Origin: Acidobacteriota bacterium
Lineage (GTDB): Bacteria; Acidobacteriota; UBA4820; DSQY01
DNA: 64,000 bases
NCBI GenBank assembly: GCA_021787565.1
Contig: JAJYLT010000003.1
Location: 79,775-143,774, forward strand
Direction: 5' to 3'
The translations under genes and the position numbers were made by a program. Each line of letters begins with the position of its first letter. The stretch's first letter is position 1. The notes under the pieces are model-generated. The model was not told the DNA's origin. It worked only from the letters and a program-made list of their open reading frames with translations, and searched no databases. Positions 60,517 through 64,000 of this stretch are shown one piece after another.

Positions 60517-62769
60517 CTACTTCCCGGCCTCTTTTTCCCGCGGCACGATTTCCGAGAAGTCCGCCACCCGGTCGAAGAGCGCGACGAGGCGCTGGAGAAG
60601 CGCCAGGCGGTTCTGCTGGAGGGCGGTCTTCTTCGGGTCCTTGCCCTCGGGATCGCACATCACGAGCACGTCGTCGAAGAAGCGGTCTACGGCGGGACGA
60701 AGCTTGGCCAGTTCCAGAAGACCGGCATCGTAGAGGGAGATTGCGAATCTCTCTTCGGCCTCATCCTTGACGGCCTCGTAGGCCGCGAAAAGCGCCCGCT
60801 CGGCGGCCCCCTCTTTGTCCGATTCGGGCAGGAACAGCGACGGATCCAACGAATATCCGGGCATCCCCTTGAGGATATTCTTGGCCCGCTTGAAGGCCAC
60901 GGCCAGGTGGTCGAAGTCTTCCGGAGCCCAGTTGCGTACTCCGTGGAAGTGCATCAGCTTGAGATCGAGCACCCAGGGGTCGAAGCGATCGCGAGTGCCA
61001 GCGGCCAGCACGGCGTTGATTTCGTCGTAGGGGAACCCGGAGGAGCGGCCTCCCGTCGACGCACGCAGTGCCACCTCGTGCGAAGGGTGGTCCAGGGCCG
61101 ATGACGGCTCTTCGAGTACGGCTGCCCTCCTCCCCTGTTCCCACAAGAAGCGCAGGCGTCCTTCGAGAAACTCCATGAGCCCACCTGGAATGGGACCGAG
61201 AGAGACGAGGAGCGCCCGGAGATCGAAGGAAACGGAAGCACGGTGCTCCACCAGAATGCGCATTACGCCCATCCCCGCCCGCCGCAGGGCAAAGGGATCC
61301 TTGGAGCCGGTGGGCGCCTGACCGATCCTGAACATCTCGACCAGCGTGTCCAGCTTGTCCGCTAGCGCCACGCTGATTCCGATCGCCCCTCGCGGAAGAT
61401 CGTCCTCCGTGAAGACCGGCCGGTAGTGGTCGTAGATCGCTTCGGCCACATCGGCGGGCTGCCCCTGGGCTGCGGCGTAGAGGCCTCCGGCGATTCCCTG
61501 GAGCGTCGTGAACTCCTTCTCCTGCACAAGCAGCGAGGCGAGGTCGCACTTGCAGTGCCGGGCGGCCCAGGCCGCCTCCTCGGCGTTCGCGCCGAAAAGG
61601 GCCGCAAGCTTTAGGGCCAGGGCTTCCATCCTCAGCGCTTTGTCGTAATAGCTGCCAAGCTTGCGATGAAAAACCACTCCCTTCAGCGCTTCCAGCCGCG
61701 CTTCGAGCGGCACCTTCACGTCCTGCTCGTAGAAGAAGCGGGCATCGGAGAGGCGGGAGCGGGAGACGTTTTCGAGGCCCCTCCGGATGAAGCCCCTGGG
61801 ATCGTCGGGGCCGTCCATGACGGACAAGAAATGCGGCAGCACCGACTCCCCGGCCCCGCGCACCACGAAGAAATTCTGGTGCTCCCGGAGGCACGTCACC
61901 AGAATCTCCGAGGGAAGAGCCAGATACTCGGCGGGTATGCCGCCCACGAGAACGGTGGGGAACTCGCACAGGTAGACCAGCTTCTCCAGGAGCTCGGGGT
62001 CGCCGGGCACGTGGCCGCCGAGGGCTGCCGCGTGGTGGTTGAGCTCCTCCGTGATCTTCTGCTTTCGATCGGCCGGATCGGCCAGCACGCGCTCCCGCCG
62101 AAGCGCCTCGGAAAAGAGCGCCGCGGAGGGCACCTCCACGGCCGCCGCGCCGTGAATGCGGTGGCCGCGGCTCGTCCGCCCGGCCGCCACGCCCTTGACG
62201 GAGAGCGCCGCGACCTGGTCATCCAGGAGCGCCACGACCCAGCGGACGGGCCGCACGAAGGTCTGGCTCCCGTCCCCCCAGTGCATGGCCTTGGTGAGGT
62301 GGAGGGCGTCCACGGCGGCAGGCACGATCTCCGCGAGGATCTCCTCGGTGGGCCTGCCCTTGACCATGCGCTCGAAGCCCACGCAGGGTCCCTTGGGGCC
62401 TTGGACCTCCCGGCAGTCGGTCAGCGCCACGCCCTGCTTGCGGGCGAATCCCTCGGCGGCCTTGGTCCACTGCCCGCCCGCATCCCGCGCCACGGCCATG
62501 GCGGGACCCACCACCGTCTCGCTGCGGTCGGGCTGACGGACGGGCAGGTCCGGCAGAAGGAAGCCAATGCGGCGCGGCGCGGCGATCATCCGTCCGCCTG
62601 GTATGCGCTCGAAGGGATCGCGCCCTGGGTCCGCGACGAGCTCGCCGCCCGTCCAGAGGCCCGCAGCCCTAAGTTCTTCTAAGACGCGGTCGGCGAGGCT
62701 CCAGGCCAGCTCGCGGATCATCCCCGCGGGGATCTCCTCGGTGCCGATCTCGAGCAGGAAATCAGCCAC
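60517..62769 (-). CDS. glyS: glycine--tRNA ligase beta subunit
   Basis: [15 protein letters not shown]-terminus; 750 aa. Confidence 0.95.
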   Translation of the reverse strand: MADFLLEIGTEEIPAGMIRELAWSLADRVLEELRAAGLWTGGELVADPGRDPFERIPGGRMIAAPRRIGFLLPDLPVRQPDRSETVVGPAMAVARDAGGQWTKAAEGFARKQGVALTDCREVQGPKGPCVGFERMVKGRPTEEILAEIVPAAVDALHLTKAMHWGDGSQTFVRPVRWVVALLDDQVAALSVKGVAAGRTSRGHRIHGAAAVEVPSAALFSEALRRERVLADPADRKQKITEELNHHAAALGGHVPGDPELLEKLVYLCEFPTVLVGGIPAEYLALPSEILVTCLREHQNFFVVRGAGESVLPHFLSVMDGPDDPRGFIRRGLENVSRSRLSDARFFYEQDVKVPLEARLEALKGVVFHRKLGSYYDKALRMEALALKLAALFGANAEEAAWAARHCKCDLASLLVQEKEFTTLQGIAGGLYAAAQGQPADVAEAIYDHYRPVFTEDDLPRGAIGISVALADKLDTLVEMFRIGQAPTGSKDPFALRRAGMGVMRILVEHRASVSFDLRALLVSLGPIPGGLMEFLEGRLRFLWEQGRRAAVLEEPSSALDHPSHEVALRASTGGRSSGFPYDEINAVLAAGTRDRFDPWVLDLKLMHFHGVRNWAPEDFDHLAVAFKRAKNILKGMPGYSLDPSLFLPESDKEGAAERALFAAYEAVKDEAEERFAISLYDAGLLELAKLRPAVDRFFDDVLVMCDPEGKDPKKTALQQNRLALLQRLVALFDRVADFSEIVPREKEAGK

Positions 62770-63631
62770 GGGCCACCTCCTTGGCGGGCTCGAACTGCTT
62801 CATGTAGGCCGCGGCGCAGGCGCAGGCCAGGCGGCGCACGCGCTTGATGTAGTCGGCGCGGGCCGCCACCGAGATGGCGCCGCGCGCGTCCAGGATGTTG
62901 AAGGCGTGGCTGGCCTTCAGGCAGAAGTCATAGGCTGGGAGGTAGAGCTCTTTCTCCACCAGGCGCCGGCTCTCGGCCTCGTACTGGTCGAACCAGGCGG
63001 CCGTCAGATCGGTCCTGGCCTCCTCGAAGTCGTAGACGGAGAACTGCCGCTCCGCCTCCCTCCTCATGTCCCCGTAGCTGAAATGGTCGTTCCAAGGGAT
63101 CTCGTAGACGTTCCCGATGCCGTTGAGAAACATGCAGAGCCGCTCGATGCCGTAGGTGATCTCCACCGTGACGGGCTTGAGCTCGAAGCCTCCCGCCTGC
63201 TGGAAGTAGGTGAACTGCGTGATCTCGGTGCCGTCCAGCATGACCTGCCAGCCCACGCCCCAGGCGCCGAGCGTAGGGGCCTCCCAGTTGTCCTCCTCGA
63301 ACTTCAGGTCGTGCTCCCGGAGCACGATGCCGAAGGACTCCAAGCTCCGCAGGTAGCGCTCCTGGATGTCGTCGGGGCTGGGCTTCATGATCACCTGGAA
63401 CTGGTGGTGCTTCTCAACGCGCTGGGGATTCTCTCCGTAGCGCCCGTCCCGAGGCCGCCGGCACGGCTCCACGTAGGCGCTGGCGTAGGGTTGCGGCCCC
63501 AGCACGCGGAGGAAGGTCTCGGGGTTCATGGTCCCGGCCCCCTTCTCCAGGTCGTACGGCTCGGCGATGAGGCATCCCTCGCCGGCCCAGAAGTGCTTCA
63601 TCCTCTCGATGAGTTCCTGCATGCTGACCAT
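62762..63631 (-). CDS. glyQ: glycine--tRNA ligase alpha subunit
   Basis: FWAGEGC...[23 protein letters not shown] conserved core. Start MVSMQEL; the ORF-track upstream extension is Arg/Pro-rich junk. Confidence 0.9.
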   Translation of the reverse strand: MVSMQELIERMKHFWAGEGCLIAEPYDLEKGAGTMNPETFLRVLGPQPYASAYVEPCRRPRDGRYGENPQRVEKHHQFQVIMKPSPDDIQERYLRSLESFGIVLREHDLKFEEDNWEAPTLGAWGVGWQVMLDGTEITQFTYFQQAGGFELKPVTVEITYGIERLCMFLNGIGNVYEIPWNDHFSYGDMRREAERQFSVYDFEEARTDLTAAWFDQYEAESRRLVEKELYLPAYDFCLKASHAFNILDARGAISVAARADYIKRVRRLACACAAAYMKQFEPAKEVARG

Positions 63632-63686
63632 GGTCGTCTCCGCTTCCTTCCTGCGGGCCTGTCGCGTGGATCCCGCCGGCCAGGGC

Positions 63687-64000
63687 TCAAGGCCCGGCCG
63701 CGCCCCCGAGGCTTTCGAGCGCCGGCCAGGTGGCCAACGGCCGTCCCAGATAGGCGGCGAGCGCCCAATATACCATACCCGACAGGGCTGAGAGTGCCTC
63801 CTGCGGGAACTCCCGCCGGGCCAGCGAAGCCAGGGGCGACCGGAAGACCGCCTCCAGAAGGGACGCCATGGGGCCCGTGAGAGCACGCCCCTCGGCCGGC
63901 CGCTGTCGTTGGCAGCGGGGGCAGCGCCACTCCCCAGCCCCGAGGTCCAGCAGGAGCGGGTAGCCCTGAGCGCCGCAGGTCACGCACCCCTCCGGCCTGG
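63687..64000 (-). CDS. recO: DNA repair protein RecO, C-terminal part (gene continues beyond window end)
   Basis: C-terminal zinc-finger region (..[27 protein letters not shown]) and the conserved recO-glyQS synteny. The frame is open to the window edge. Confidence 0.6.
   Translation of the reverse strand, partial: RPEGCVTCGAQGYPLLLDLGAGEWRCPRCQRQRPAEGRALTGPMASLLEAVFRSPLASLARREFPQEALSALSGMVYWALAAYLGRPLATWPALESLGGAAGP

Overview
This is a 64 kb, high-GC (~67%) bacterial chromosomal segment with about 60 densely packed genes, mostly core metabolism. No rRNA, CRISPR, transposase or integrase was seen. One tRNA-Pro(GGG) is present. The lipobox lipoprotein, L,D-transpeptidases, many PP2C/FHA/partner-switch signalling proteins and a class II RNR fit a Gram-negative lineage such as Acidobacteriota, but this assignment is tentative.

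Gene content, left to right:
- Two tandem glutamate-dehydrogenase-family paralogs, then a class II (B12-dependent) ribonucleotide reductase nrdJ.
- A long co-directional minus-strand string with overlapping stop/start codons: accB-accC-thiE-CNNM(CorB-like)-queD-queE-queC-EamA permease.
- ligA, an orphan sensor histidine kinase, aroC, an M50 protease and HU.
- A partner-switching module (RsbV-like, RsbW-like, membrane GGDEF cyclase, GAF-PP2C phosphatase), then tRNA-Pro, a MerR regulator, ihfA and thiD.
- An alanine-rich coiled-coil lipoprotein followed by two L,D-transpeptidases and a secreted protein.
- ksgA, a 3'-5' exonuclease, a dodecin, an FHA-GAF-PP2C phosphatase, a CMD-family protein and an SDR gene remnant.
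- A small ORF, a homocysteine S-methyltransferase and a MOP flippase, then a YtxH/DUF948 pair, a di-heme cytochrome c peroxidase, slyD and phzF.
- An aldehyde dehydrogenase, a PAS-GGDEF-EAL protein, an M16 peptidase, then DUF1015-serA-serC.
- A proline dehydrogenase, an M24 peptidase, a CBS-pair protein, rtcB, cydAB with an Rrf2 regulator, glyQ-glyS and a partial recO.

Most noteworthy:
1. The two tandem GDH-like genes both carry Met in place of the catalytic Lys of the GG-x-K-GG motif and Glu in place of the catalytic Asp, so they are candidate pseudo-enzymes or neofunctionalised paralogs.
2. Two paralogous ~105 nt leader elements precede serA and serC. They are a candidate new cis-regulator of serine biosynthesis.
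3. A long alanine-rich lipoprotein with a C-terminal Lys sits directly upstream of two L,D-transpeptidases, an Lpp-like tethering module.
4. A partner-switching system is built around a diguanylate cyclase, analogous to HsbR/HsbA/HsbD.
5. A promoter-plus-terminator unit upstream of the M24 peptidase is a candidate small RNA.
6. An EamA permease is translationally coupled to queC.
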